Shown here in pieces: positions 21,354 through 30,989 of a stretch of DNA of 64,000 nt (position 1 is the stretch's first letter; each line of letters begins with the position of its first letter). The notes beneath the pieces are model-generated. The model was given only the letters and a program-made list of their open reading frames with translations, had not been told where the DNA came from and did no database searches. Both the position numbers and the translations under genes were made by a program. The stretch is from an uncultured Bacteroidota bacterium (GTDB taxonomy: Bacteria > Bacteroidota > Bacteroidia > Chitinophagales > LD1): NCBI GenBank assembly GCA_903889265.1, contig CAISWS010000119.1, forward strand, positions 4,615 through 68,614. The letters are read 5' to 3'.

Positions 21354-22271
21354 TTATTTCACCACAGGGCTTTCATTGTTCATTCCGAGGTACCTTAAAA
21401 ACCCCGATATAAAATCAAAAATGCTATTCATACCCTCAAAATTTATTTTGGCTGCCACATCCGACGCCCGGTGATAATCCTGGTGCGTACCCGTGGTAAA
21501 ATGCAGCAAAGGAACACGCAAAGCCTCCAAATATTTCAGGTCCGAAAACTCAATATTGGAGTCATCTGATCTGAAATGTAGTTTATCATTATCATGAGCC
21601 CAAATGTTTTTCACCAATACAGAATCGTTTGAAAATACCCCCACCCTGAGCATTCTGCTCAAAGTATCCAAACGCCCTACCATATCAAAATTCATAACTA
21701 AAGCCAGGCGCATACTATCAGCAAAACCAGAACGCACAAAATATTCCGAACCAAATAAACCCTCCTCATGTGCCGATGGAAAAAACGCTATTACATTAAA
21801 AGGCAATTCCTTTTGGCCTGACAAATATCTGGTCAGCTCCATTACCATGGCAACCCCACTTGCATTATCATCTGCCCCGGGATGCACCATATTTTTATGA
21901 GAAAAATCCAGGGCTTTGGATGAGCCCATACCCAAATGGTCGTAATGCGCCATCAGAATGATGGTCTGCCTTTTGCGCCTGTTAAGGACACCGATAACAT
22001 TGGTTGCTGGATGCCGGGTGGATGAATCAACCGGATAGGTGAATTGCTGATGCGTAACTATGGCCTTGCACTGCTTACTCAAAAAGTTGCCGATATATCC
22101 GGCAGCTTTTTGCTCATCATCAGTCCCCGCCGCCCTGCCATGTAAGGATTCGGATGCCAAAAAAATGATGTGCTCTTTAAACCCGACCTGCGCATTTACC
22201 GCCAGATTAAAGAAAAGCAGAACCCAAATGCTTAACGCCACTGCCCCGTTAAGGCCAGTTATAAAATACAT
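21354..22271 (-). CDS. M28 family metallopeptidase (aminopeptidase)
   Basis: 305 aa. AHYDHLG...GADDNASGVAMVMEL...HEEGLFGS...DYHRASD zinc-ligand pattern of the M28 family. Its start codon overlaps the stop of the upstream collagen-like gene (TAATG). Confidence 0.85.
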   Translation of the reverse strand: MYFITGLNGAVALSIWVLLFFNLAVNAQVGFKEHIIFLASESLHGRAAGTDDEQKAAGYIGNFLSKQCKAIVTHQQFTYPVDSSTRHPATNVIGVLNRRKRQTIILMAHYDHLGMGSSKALDFSHKNMVHPGADDNASGVAMVMELTRYLSGQKELPFNVIAFFPSAHEEGLFGSEYFVRSGFADSMRLALVMNFDMVGRLDTLSRMLRVGVFSNDSVLVKNIWAHDNDKLHFRSDDSNIEFSDLKYLEALRVPLLHFTTGTHQDYHRASDVAAKINFEGMNSIFDFISGFLRYLGMNNESPVVK

Positions 22272-24925
22272 TATTTGTTACTTGTGGTACCGGCTCCTTT
22301 GCCAATGCTCTTTTTAGTCATTTTCTTTTTAACCGTTGGCGCGCTTTTCTGCATATGAAAAACTGTTCCGGTCGGGCGGTCAAACCTAACCTTCTGTCCA
22401 TCCCACCATACCGGGTTGCCGGTGTGCTCCAAATCGCTTTCGTCAAACATCACACCCTTCATGTTGGCGTCAAAATTCTTATCAGCAAGGTCCGCCGGCA
22501 GGGCTGGTTTGTTGGCAGCATCAATTCTGTTGCCCACCGCAATCCAGGTAAATTGAATATTCGACTGCCCTCCTTTGTTTTCTTTTACTGTAAAGCCTGT
22601 TTTATCCATGCTTACAATAAACAGGCCGTTACTTTCGCCAATAGGAGTAACTGTAACATTAGGTGTTGCACCCAACATAGCTGCAAAAGAAGCATCAAAT
22701 TTCACTGTTGCGCTGCCATTTTGTAACGCAGCGTTACCATCACCATAAACCTTAACATCGGCCGAAGTTACACTAAAAGCAGCTACACGCTTATCACCGG
22801 CATCAACCAATTCTGCCTGGTAACCTGAAGTGTAAGAATTACCCAGGTTATAAGAGGCAAATAATTCGCCGCAATTAACCTGGCCCATTACAGCACCCCG
22901 GGTCCAGCTTCCTATAATACCACCCGTTCCACCCGAACCAATGCCATATACATTGCTTGATGGTAAAAAACCATTACCGCTGCCCGAAGTACCGGCGGTA
23001 TAATAAATACCATACAGTACATCATTTGCAGCTGTATAAGCTATGGCACCAAAAGTATTTGAAAGTGTAGTTGAACCCATAACTCCGCCACTTCGTGTTC
23101 CATACCCGGCAGAGCCATCATTATTTATTCCCCAAACCCCAAAATGGTACATCGCCCTTAAACTTGTAATAGTGGAGTTTATAGTATCCTGACCGTAAAG
23201 ACCGGCATCGGCATTTAAGTAATTGGTTCCTGCAGTTAATCCGTTCAGCTGAAAACCAACAGCCCCGGTAGAGCTTCCACTAAATGCCCCCCCACTACCT
23301 GCAGGTAAATAATAACCAAAAGTTAAGTCGTTGCCGATTGCAATCGCTGCGGTACCATTTGTATTACCGTTATAACCATCAAAACTGAAGCCACTTGATT
23401 GGGCTGTATAAGAAAAAATACCATCGCCTACATTAGTGCCCGCCGCAGCGTTGTTTGTTATATCCATGCCATCTGTTGCCGGATTGTTGCTCAATAAAAA
23501 CGCAGCCTGCCCACCAGCTGCCGCCGAATTGATAGCTACCAGCGCCGGATCACTTCCCCCAATACAATTGACTGCCAAAGGCACATTTGCCGCCGATGTG
23601 AAATATCCGGTAGGATTGCTTACAACTTCACCACTTATCGTCAATGTAGGGTTGATATAACCCAAGTAAGCATCTCCAAACGAACTGCCATTGGCGTGCA
23701 GCGCATATTGCCCCGTGGTAGTACTTGTTGTAGTAACATTTAACCCGCTAATGGCTGCACCCAGCACGGTCAGTTTTTCTGTGGTGGTAGCAACTGTTGT
23801 TCCACCCACAGGGCCCATAGCTACGTTAGTTCCGTTATCGTAAATATTAGTGGCTGTGGTTATCCAGGCTGGTATAGATGCATTATAATATGGCATCGTG
23901 AATACTCCCCCCGGTTGTAAAAATCCGGTTGCCCCCACAGCGCCTGTTGCACCAATCGCACCCGTAGCACCCTGTATACCCTGGCTACCTGTTATACCCT
24001 GAATGCCCTGCAAGCCGGTAGCACCAACGTCGCCCGTAATTCCATGAACTCCCTGAGCCCCGGTTACACCCGGTATACCTTGTGCCCCGGTAATACCCTG
24101 AACACCCTGATTTCCCTGATTGCCTTGTGCACCCGTTGCACCCTGTACGCCCTGGTTCCCCTGTGCACCGGTTATCCCTTGTATTCCCTGTGGACCGGTT
24201 GGGCCGGTTGCTCCGTTCAATCCGGTGGCACCTGGTGCACCTTGCGAGCCCGAAGCCGCATTAATACCCGGCGTTCCTTGTGGGCCCTGCGGACCAGTTG
24301 CGCCAATATCGCCCTGACTACCTGTTACTCCTTGTATCCCTTGTGCACCGGTTGGTCCGTCATTACCTTGTAAGCCCTGCGGCCCGGTAGGCCCCGCGAT
24401 GCCCGGAATACCCTGAAGGCCGGTAGGTCCGTCATTGCCTTGTAATCCTGTAGCGCCTTGTGGGCCTGTGGCTCCTGGTGCGCCTGGCTGCCCGGTTGCA
24501 CCCGGAGTGCCATTTGCCCCCGTAACACCTATTGGGCCTTGAGCCCCCGTTGCCCCGTTAACGCCAATGGTACCACTTGCGCCCGGTAAGCCCGGAGCTC
24601 CTGTTGCACCTGCGGGGCCTGTTATACCCGGATTACCCTGGGCACCTGTTGGCCCGGATAACTGGCACAGAGATACCCATGCCGTGTTATAATAAAAATA
24701 GCATCCTATATTGACATCATAAACCAATAACCCAACTGCAGGCGCAGCAATAGATGTTCTTTGCGCAGTAGTTAATCTGGGGGCCAAAAACCCTTTATTA
24801 TTTGAGGTAAGATCAAGAATTGCACTGGCATCAGGCGTTGTAGTACCGATACCAACATTCTGGTTCTGAGAAAATGCGTTTACCACTTGTAGCAGGAGGA
24901 ACGCAACTAGTAAATTCTTTTTCAT
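22271..24925 (-). CDS. secreted collagen-like (Gly-X-Y) repeat protein with large non-collagenous C-terminal domain
   Basis: 884 aa. Signal peptide, a conserved N-terminal module (NVGIGTTTP...PRLTTAQR...GLLVYD...GCYFYYN...SLCQ), about 240 aa of GXY triplets, then about 550 aa rich in Gly/Thr/Ala/Asn. Confidence 0.85.
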   Translation of the reverse strand: MKKNLLVAFLLLQVVNAFSQNQNVGIGTTTPDASAILDLTSNNKGFLAPRLTTAQRTSIAAPAVGLLVYDVNIGCYFYYNTAWVSLCQLSGPTGAQGNPGITGPAGATGAPGLPGASGTIGVNGATGAQGPIGVTGANGTPGATGQPGAPGATGPQGATGLQGNDGPTGLQGIPGIAGPTGPQGLQGNDGPTGAQGIQGVTGSQGDIGATGPQGPQGTPGINAASGSQGAPGATGLNGATGPTGPQGIQGITGAQGNQGVQGATGAQGNQGNQGVQGITGAQGIPGVTGAQGVHGITGDVGATGLQGIQGITGSQGIQGATGAIGATGAVGATGFLQPGGVFTMPYYNASIPAWITTATNIYDNGTNVAMGPVGGTTVATTTEKLTVLGAAISGLNVTTTSTTTGQYALHANGSSFGDAYLGYINPTLTISGEVVSNPTGYFTSAANVPLAVNCIGGSDPALVAINSAAAGGQAAFLLSNNPATDGMDITNNAAAGTNVGDGIFSYTAQSSGFSFDGYNGNTNGTAAIAIGNDLTFGYYLPAGSGGAFSGSSTGAVGFQLNGLTAGTNYLNADAGLYGQDTINSTITSLRAMYHFGVWGINNDGSAGYGTRSGGVMGSTTLSNTFGAIAYTAANDVLYGIYYTAGTSGSGNGFLPSSNVYGIGSGGTGGIIGSWTRGAVMGQVNCGELFASYNLGNSYTSGYQAELVDAGDKRVAAFSVTSADVKVYGDGNAALQNGSATVKFDASFAAMLGATPNVTVTPIGESNGLFIVSMDKTGFTVKENKGGQSNIQFTWIAVGNRIDAANKPALPADLADKNFDANMKGVMFDESDLEHTGNPVWWDGQKVRFDRPTGTVFHMQKSAPTVKKKMTKKSIGKGAGTTSNK
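23924..24655 (-). repeat. Gly-X-Y triplet (collagen-like) coding repeat tract
   Basis: Residues about 91-334 of the 884-aa protein are uninterrupted GXY triplets apart from one break (GINAASG). Mirror Pro-rich ORFs on the opposite strand are artefacts of this periodicity. Confidence 0.85.
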
Positions 24926-25097
24926 GTGTGTCTTTGAGCCTGCAAAAATAAAATAATCAGGGAAAAATGTTGATAAAAATTTATGGGTATCTTAATACCG
25001 CTAAACCGGGCCTGCTACCCCTAAAAAAGCTTGTATCCCGTTAAGCCTTTTCTGCACTTTTGGCAACCTCATCCGGCGTTTTTTCTAAATTGCAACC

Positions 25098-26471
25098 ATG
25101 GCCAAGTTAAAGTCTGTTTATTTCTGCCAGAGCTGTGGCAACCAATCACCCAAATGGATAGGCAAATGCCCCGTTTGCGGCGAATGGAATACCTATGTAG
25201 AGGAGGTGGTTGATAAAACCGAAGAGAAATTAAAAGAGAAAAAAGGATACTCCGTTAAAAGAAACGAAGAAGCCAAGCCCATTCCCATCAAAGAAGTACA
25301 TGAGTTGGAAACCCGCAGAATTGACACCCACGATACCGAGTTAAACAGGGTGTTGGGCGGGGGAATTGTATTGGGCTCACTGATATTAATTGGCGGAGAA
25401 CCCGGCATAGGTAAATCTACCCTCATGCTTCAGGTGGCTTTAAAGCTAAAGGGCATAAAAATACTATACGTTACAGGCGAAGAAAGCGACCGCCAGATAA
25501 AACTACGCGCCGACCGCATTGGCATAAAAAACGAAAATTGCTACATATTAACCGAAACCAATACCCAGGCCATATTTAAACAGGCCGAGGAATTGGCACC
25601 AGACATCATCATTATTGATTCCATTCAAACCCTGCATACAGTTTATGTTGAATCGCCCCCTGGTAGTGTTTCGCAGGTGCGCGAATGCACTGCTGAACTT
25701 CAGAGGTATTCAAAAGAAACTTCTATCCCCATTTTTTTAATTGGTCACATTACCAAAGATGGAATGATTGCCGGCCCCAAAGTATTGGAACATATTGTTG
25801 ATACTGTGTTACAGTTTGAAGGCGACCGCAATTATACCTACCGCATTTTGCGCACTATTAAAAACCGCTTCGGCTCTACTTCCGAAATTGGGATTTATGA
25901 AATGATTGGCGACGGCCTGCGGCCCGTAATTAACCCTTCCGAAATCCTGCTAACCCAGCGCGACGATGATTTAAGCGGCATTGCCATTGCCAGCATGATG
26001 GAAGGCATGAGGCCCTTTTTAATTGAAACACAAGCACTGGTAACCCCTGCATTTTACGGAACACCTCAGCGCTCCTCCACGGGCTTTGATGCAAGAAGAC
26101 TAAACATGCTATTGGCAGTGCTTGAAAAAAGAGCAGGATTCCGTTTCGGCACCAAGGATGCATTTTTAAATATTGCCGGTGGCCTACGTGTTGAAGACCC
26201 CGCTATCGACCTCGCCGTAATGGCCGCACTGGCTTCTTCCTACAACGATATTTTCGTCCCCGGCAAAATAGCCTTCGCTGCGGAAGTAGGTTTAAGTGGC
26301 GAAGTAAGGGCCGTAAGCAAAATAGACCAACGTGTATCGGAAGCCGATAAACTGGGCTTTGAAAAAATATACATCTCCAAATTCAACCAGAAGTTCGATG
26401 CAAAAAAATTCAATATCGAAGTAGTAAACATCAGCCGCGTTCAACAACTGATGGAAGAACTGTTTGGATAA
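25098..26471 (+). CDS. radA: DNA repair protein RadA/Sms
   Basis: 457 aa. N-terminal zinc finger CQSCGNQSPKWIGKCPVCGEWN, Walker A GEPGIGKST, KNRFG motif and a Lon-like C-terminal domain. Confidence 0.95.
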   Translation: MAKLKSVYFCQSCGNQSPKWIGKCPVCGEWNTYVEEVVDKTEEKLKEKKGYSVKRNEEAKPIPIKEVHELETRRIDTHDTELNRVLGGGIVLGSLILIGGEPGIGKSTLMLQVALKLKGIKILYVTGEESDRQIKLRADRIGIKNENCYILTETNTQAIFKQAEELAPDIIIIDSIQTLHTVYVESPPGSVSQVRECTAELQRYSKETSIPIFLIGHITKDGMIAGPKVLEHIVDTVLQFEGDRNYTYRILRTIKNRFGSTSEIGIYEMIGDGLRPVINPSEILLTQRDDDLSGIAIASMMEGMRPFLIETQALVTPAFYGTPQRSSTGFDARRLNMLLAVLEKRAGFRFGTKDAFLNIAGGLRVEDPAIDLAVMAALASSYNDIFVPGKIAFAAEVGLSGEVRAVSKIDQRVSEADKLGFEKIYISKFNQKFDAKKFNIEVVNISRVQQLMEELFG

Positions 26472-26496
26472 GTTCAAATAGATTTCTCTGTATTCA

Positions 26497-26541
26497 CCTT
26501 TGCGCTCTTAGCGTCTTTGCGGTAAAAAAATGTATTTATTT
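26497..26541 (+). repeat. family-B intergenic repeat, half copy (CTTTGCGCTCTTAGCG...GCGGTAAAAAAATGTATTT)
   Basis: Shares the core CCTTTGCGCTCTTAGCG and the GCGGTAAAAA(A)TGTATTT end with copies at 37551, 54873 and 63052 and with the inverted arms at 28148 and 54805. A degenerate second unit (CTTAGTG...CTTAGTGGTAAA) follows at about 26552-26590. Confidence 0.75.
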
Positions 26542-26641
26542 CCGGCATCTTCTTAGTGAAACTTAGTGCCCTCCGTGCCTTAGTGGTAAATTTCTCTCCG
26601 GATTTAAATTTTTCAAAAATTTATTTCATGTTTGAACCCAG

Positions 26642-27019
26642 ATGACACTGGACGAGGAAATATATAAGTCTTTGCACGATGACCTGGATGTGTGCCGCGA
26701 TTATATCAGGCAGATATCAAAAGGCATGATTAAAGGCAGCGTCTCCAAATATCCCATCTTCATAGCCATCCGCGGCGAATCAGATTTCGACCTCGGCTTA
26801 CCTTTAATAACCCGCAACGATTTCGACATCACCTGGAACTTCAGCGTATCGCACCTCGAAGAATTCGTCAACAAAAAAATTGTGGGCACAGACAGAGTTG
26901 AAGACTTTATTAAAGCCTACAAAAACCCCGAACAGTTTATGTGCGTTTTTGTAGCCGAAGAAGGAGCCATGAGCTTTGTATTTATGCCCTACGACAGGCA
27001 CCGCGAGCTGCTCAATTAA
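26642..27019 (+). CDS. hypothetical protein
   Basis: 125-aa ORF with plausible coding composition. No family recognised. Confidence 0.45.
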   Translation: MTLDEEIYKSLHDDLDVCRDYIRQISKGMIKGSVSKYPIFIAIRGESDFDLGLPLITRNDFDITWNFSVSHLEEFVNKKIVGTDRVEDFIKAYKNPEQFMCVFVAEEGAMSFVFMPYDRHRELLN

Positions 27020-27056
27020 CTCTAAACAAAAAATGTAAATATATTATGGCTGCCCA

Positions 27057-27105
27057 AAAACTCTCCTCCTGATTCAGGAGGAGCAGCCCTGGAGGTGGTT
27101 ACGGC
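27057..27105 (+). repeat. family-E GC-rich hairpin repeat
   Basis: AAAACTCTCCTCCTGATTCAGGAGGAGCAGCCCTGGAGGTGGTTACGGC. 9-bp stem CTCCTCCTG/CAGGAGGAG. A second copy at 33864-33911 has a compensatory T-A to C-G change in the stem. Confidence 0.7.
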
Positions 27106-27602
27106 TATTATGCATTTCATACCCAATCGCCGAAAATAGGGGTGGGTTACACTTTTTCAAAATGAACCCTCTTGGTTATCAAATGGTTATATTACATTTT
27201 TTGCAGCGTGTAACCACCCTCAATTTTAATATCATGATAACCAATTGATTACAAACCGTAATTTTTATACTATGTAACCCCTGTGTAACCCCCTACGAGA
27301 GATAGCATGCTTTTTCAAAATATTATCGCGCATCTAAGTTGTTACATAACTTATTCCAGCATTAAAGAAATTGTTATCAGATTATTCAATAAGATAGTGC
27401 ATTAAAGTCTACTCTTTGGGGAAATATTAACTACTGGTAAGATGTTTTTTGGGCCTTCGTTTTTCAAGCGAAGCGCCGAAAAACGAAGGATCTCCCCCGC
27501 CGGCGGGGGTGTAGGGGGTGGTGAGAATCTAAGATTACGCAACCATTAAAAATATCAGGATGGTAACTTCAGAACAATTATGGGTAAGATTTATAGTGGC
27601 TG

Positions 27603-27989
27603 CTAATTCAAAATAAACGGCGCCACCAACCTAAACACCGGTATTTTAACCTCAAATTCCTTTCCGCTAACTTTATTATCGAAAATATAAAGTCCCTCCA
27701 TCTTGCCTATGGCAGTAGCCAGGTTGCAGCCCGATACATAACTGTAGCTATCTCCGGGGTATAAAACAGGCTGGCGGCCTACAACACCTTCGCCCTCTAC
27801 AGTTTTAATATCTGCATTGGCATCGGTAATTATCCAAACCCTGCGCAATAACTGAACAGCAAAACTATTGTGGTTATATAAAGTAATCCGGTACGAATGC
27901 ATATGCTCATTCAGAATGGGTTTTGAGTAACCCACCTGGTAATAGGTTTCCACCTTTACCTCAACCCCTGATGTTATAAGTGTTTGCAT
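27603..27989 (-). CDS. apaG: ApaG (DUF525) protein
   Basis: 128 aa. YRITLYNHNSFAVQLLRRVWIITDANADIKTVEGEGVVGRQPVLYPGDSYSYVSGC matches the conserved ApaG beta-sandwich core. Confidence 0.85.
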   Translation of the reverse strand: MQTLITSGVEVKVETYYQVGYSKPILNEHMHSYRITLYNHNSFAVQLLRRVWIITDANADIKTVEGEGVVGRQPVLYPGDSYSYVSGCNLATAIGKMEGLYIFDNKVSGKEFEVKIPVFRLVAPFILN

Positions 27990-28147
27990 TTGTAATTTAA
28001 ATCTACAACGCTTTATTCACAAAACCAAACGTCCGCTTTGTTCCTCACAAAATATTCATCGTTTGCATTTTGCTTCTGCGTTCTCCTGTAGTTGCTCTGT
28101 CTTTTTCTGCCAATGACAAGTATTGCAGCTACTTGGCTTTCAATACG

Positions 28148-28243
28148 GGTTCACGCAAAGAGCGCAAAGAAAATACAACGCAAAGAATTGCAGAATTAAG
28201 GCAAAAAAACTTTGCGCAACGCTTTGCGGCCTTTGCGTGAACC
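28148..28243. repeat. family-B repeat, full palindromic copy
   Basis: GGTTCACGCAAAGAGCGCAAAG...CTTTGCGGCCTTTGCGTGAACC. The terminal 13-bp arms GGTTCACGCAAAG/CTTTGCGTGAACC are perfectly complementary. The two listed ORFs across it (28123-28362 +, 28129-28365 -) are artefacts. Confidence 0.75.
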
Positions 28244-28315
28244 GCTATTGTCATCTTCAAAACAGTTTCAGGTCGGCTCTGATTAATTACTCCGTGGGAA
28301 AATTGTATGCTGCCG

Positions 28316-28936
28316 TTAATCCCCATGCACATGCTCCGTCTGCGGTGCCAAAAATGCCGTAACATAATTTTTCACCCGCATGTAAGCGGTATCAAAATCC
28401 CGGTTAACCACAATCTTATCAAATTTTGAAGCATAGGTCAACTCCTCTTCCGACCTCTTAATACGCGCCTTTAAACTTTTATCATCTTCAGTGGCCCTGT
28501 TCTTCAACCGGTTAATAAGCGACTCAACAGATGGCGGCTGAATGAATACAGCCAGCGCATCCTGCCCGAATTGCTTCTTCAGCGTTTCAGCCCCTTTTAC
28601 GTCAATATCAAACACAGCCACTTTGCGCTGCGCCCATATTTTCTCAACCTCCGTTTTTAATGTGCCATAAAATTTACCGGGGTAAACTTCTTCATACTCC
28701 ACAAATTCGTTGTTGGCTATTTTGCGCTTAAAATCTTCCGCGCTTATAAAATAGTAGTCTTTGCCATCTACTTCACCTACACGCTTTTCGCGGGTGGTAC
28801 ATGAAATAGAAAACGCAAGGTCATGCTTCTGTGCCAACAGCTTGCGGACTAATGATGATTTCCCCGCACCCGATGGTGCTGTAATTACTACTATCTTTTT
28901 AGGTGGAATAAGCACCCTGGTTACATTGTGCGACAT
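28316..28936 (-). CDS. gmk: guanylate kinase
   Basis: 206 aa. P-loop APSGAGKSS and the TTREKRVGEVDGKDYYF guanylate-binding motif. Confidence 0.9.
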   Translation of the reverse strand: MSHNVTRVLIPPKKIVVITAPSGAGKSSLVRKLLAQKHDLAFSISCTTREKRVGEVDGKDYYFISAEDFKRKIANNEFVEYEEVYPGKFYGTLKTEVEKIWAQRKVAVFDIDVKGAETLKKQFGQDALAVFIQPPSVESLINRLKNRATEDDKSLKARIKRSEEELTYASKFDKIVVNRDFDTAYMRVKNYVTAFLAPQTEHVHGD

Positions 28937-28937
28937 A

Positions 28938-29816
28938 TTACAATATATTGTTCGTTTGTTCTTTAATCTTTTCCAGTTCGTCTTTCATATTCACCACTAT
29001 CTTTTGCATAATGGCATCGTTGGCCTTTGAGCCCACCGTATTTATTTCACGGCCCAGCTCCTGCGCTATAAAATTTAGCTTGCGGCCTTTCAGTTCTTCC
29101 TTATCATCAATTATGCTGGTAAAATAAGTGCAGTGGCTTTTTAAACGGGTCAACTCCTCAGTTATATCCAGCTTCTCAATGTAATAAATAACCTCCTGCT
29201 CAAACCGGTTCATGTCAATTTTATCCTTCGGTATAAAAGCCTCCAGGTTATTTTTCAACCGCTCGCGTATTTCTGTAACCCTGCGGCTATCTTCCATTAT
29301 TAACTGCCCCGATAAAACCTCAATATTCTTCACCCGCAAATGCATTTCGGTTTGCAGCGATTTGCCCTCATTGATTCTAAACGACTCTACCTCCTGTATA
29401 GCCCTACCCAGTATTTCTTCAATCCCCTTCAACTCATCCTCACCCGGCACCTCATGCGATTCACCAATAACATCCGGCATTTTAAGGATGGTTGGTAACA
29501 GGTTTTCGGTTGAAGCCCCCACCTCAATAGCTATCTGCTTAAACTCCTCAAAGTACGATTTGATAAGCTCCTTGTTCAAAAACAACTCGCTGCTGGCGGT
29601 GTTATCTTCCAGCGTAATAAAAATGTCAATTTTACCGCGCTGCAAAACATTAGCGGTTTTATTGCGCAGGGCATATTCATACTCCCGGTATTTACTCGGA
29701 AACTTAATACTCAGGTCCAGCCCCTTCTGACTGTTCAGCGATTTAATCTCAACATTCAGGGTCCGCCCGTCTATCTTTCCACTTGCCTTCCCGAAGCCGG
29801 TCATTGATTTTAACAT
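28938..29816 (-). CDS. YicC/YloC family stress-induced protein
   Basis: 292 aa. MLKSMTGFGKA N-terminus and the C-terminal EELTRLKSH...REINTVGSKAND motif of the YicC family. 1-bp gap to gmk. Confidence 0.9.
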   Translation of the reverse strand: MLKSMTGFGKASGKIDGRTLNVEIKSLNSQKGLDLSIKFPSKYREYEYALRNKTANVLQRGKIDIFITLEDNTASSELFLNKELIKSYFEEFKQIAIEVGASTENLLPTILKMPDVIGESHEVPGEDELKGIEEILGRAIQEVESFRINEGKSLQTEMHLRVKNIEVLSGQLIMEDSRRVTEIRERLKNNLEAFIPKDKIDMNRFEQEVIYYIEKLDITEELTRLKSHCTYFTSIIDDKEELKGRKLNFIAQELGREINTVGSKANDAIMQKIVVNMKDELEKIKEQTNNIL

Positions 29817-29962
29817 ACTGCGAAGTTAACAGGGTATAGCTGATAGGCAAGGGGAAAGTTTTTTCCTCTTCCCTTTGCCTCCCGGCATTTCCCTTATGAC
29901 CAAATTTCAGATAAAGATTGAAACTCACAAATACAAAATGAATACAACAGTCAAAGGTTCGC

Positions 29963-30030
29963 TCTCCCTCTACTTTTTTGCTCTGAAAAAAGGAGAGGGA
30001 GATGTCCAACGGACAGAGGGTGAGGCAAAC
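29963..30030 (+). repeat. family-A hairpin repeat
   Basis: TCTCCCTCTACTTTTTTGCTCTGAAAAAAGGAGAGGGAGATGTCCAACGGACAGAGGGTGAGGCAAAC. Long imperfect stem around the loop GCTCTG. A second copy lies at 56299-56370. Confidence 0.7.
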
Positions 30031-30056
30031 GGCTGTTCCCCTCTCGCTTCTAAAAT

Positions 30057-30989
30057 CTATTCTAAAACCATATCATCACTATCCGGCTCAGTCTCCGGCT
30101 TCGCAAACATTTTAGGCTTACCCGCAAACGATACAAAATAAACCCCGCTAAAAATCAGCACCGCCGAAATCACTTTCTCAACAGTAATCTGGTCTTTCCC
30201 CAGCGAAATAGAAATAATAGTAGCCACCACCGGCTGCAAATAAATATAAGCCCCCACCACCGACGAATGCACCTCGCGCAGCGCCAGTATATTCAACAGG
30301 TAAGCAAAAAAAGTAGTGCATATCACTATAAAACCAACGCATAGCCAGGTACTTGCTGTAAACGTGCCCCACTCAATCTGGCCGAACTGTTTTGCCCCGA
30401 AAAGAACAACCGGTATCAACCCAAAAAAGAAAACCCATTTTATAACCGTTAACGGATGATACTTTTTCATCAGCGGCCTTACAATAACCAGGTAAACCGC
30501 AAAAGAAGTAGCATTCAGCAATACACAAAAATCACCCCAAAGCGTATGTCCGTTAAAATTAAATCCCTTGCCGCCCAGTATAATCAAAGCCCCTGCACTA
30601 CCCAGCAGCAACCCTACAACCTTCTGCCACGTAACATCCTCATGCGACAAAAAAAACGAAATAACAAACACCAATATCGGCGCCATTATCATAATCAGCG
30701 AAGCATTAATCGGCGTGGTGATACTCAACCCTAAAAAGAACAACTCCTGGTTAATAACCACCCCAAACAAACCACAGGCAGCCAGCAACAAAAAATCCTT
30801 CTTCTCCACCTTCTCCTTAATCCAAAACCGGTGCAACACAAAAAACAAAAGCGTAGTTAAACTAACCCTGATTAAAATAAACCCAAATGGCTTGATGTAT
30901 TGGGGCATTACCATCTTAGAAACGGTAAACCCCGCACCATAAAACAGGTTAACTATAAAAAGATAAATATGAGCGCGAAGGTTTTTCAT
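30057..30989 (-). CDS. DMT superfamily (EamA-like) transporter
   Basis: 310 aa with 10 TM segments in two EamA-like halves. Confidence 0.8.
   Translation of the reverse strand: MKNLRAHIYLFIVNLFYGAGFTVSKMVMPQYIKPFGFILIRVSLTTLLFFVLHRFWIKEKVEKKDFLLLAACGLFGVVINQELFFLGLSITTPINASLIMIMAPILVFVISFFLSHEDVTWQKVVGLLLGSAGALIILGGKGFNFNGHTLWGDFCVLLNATSFAVYLVIVRPLMKKYHPLTVIKWVFFFGLIPVVLFGAKQFGQIEWGTFTASTWLCVGFIVICTTFFAYLLNILALREVHSSVVGAYIYLQPVVATIISISLGKDQITVEKVISAVLIFSGVYFVSFAGKPKMFAKPETEPDSDDMVLE

Noticed and set aside
24044-24528. Several ORFs of 65-109 aa on both strands inside the large collagen-like gene, with similar ones at 47577-47777, 47883-48077 and 49084-49414.
   Set aside because: They are Pro/Cys/Thr-rich mirror or off-frame readings of the GGN-NNN-NNN periodic DNA. 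The GXY frame on the minus strand is the only one continuous with a signal peptide and flanking domains.
28123-28365. Overlapping 79-aa (+) and 78-aa (-) ORFs between apaG and gmk.
   Set aside because: Both are generated by the palindromic family-B repeat, so the same sequence is read on both strands. Similar pseudo-ORFs occur over other repeat copies.
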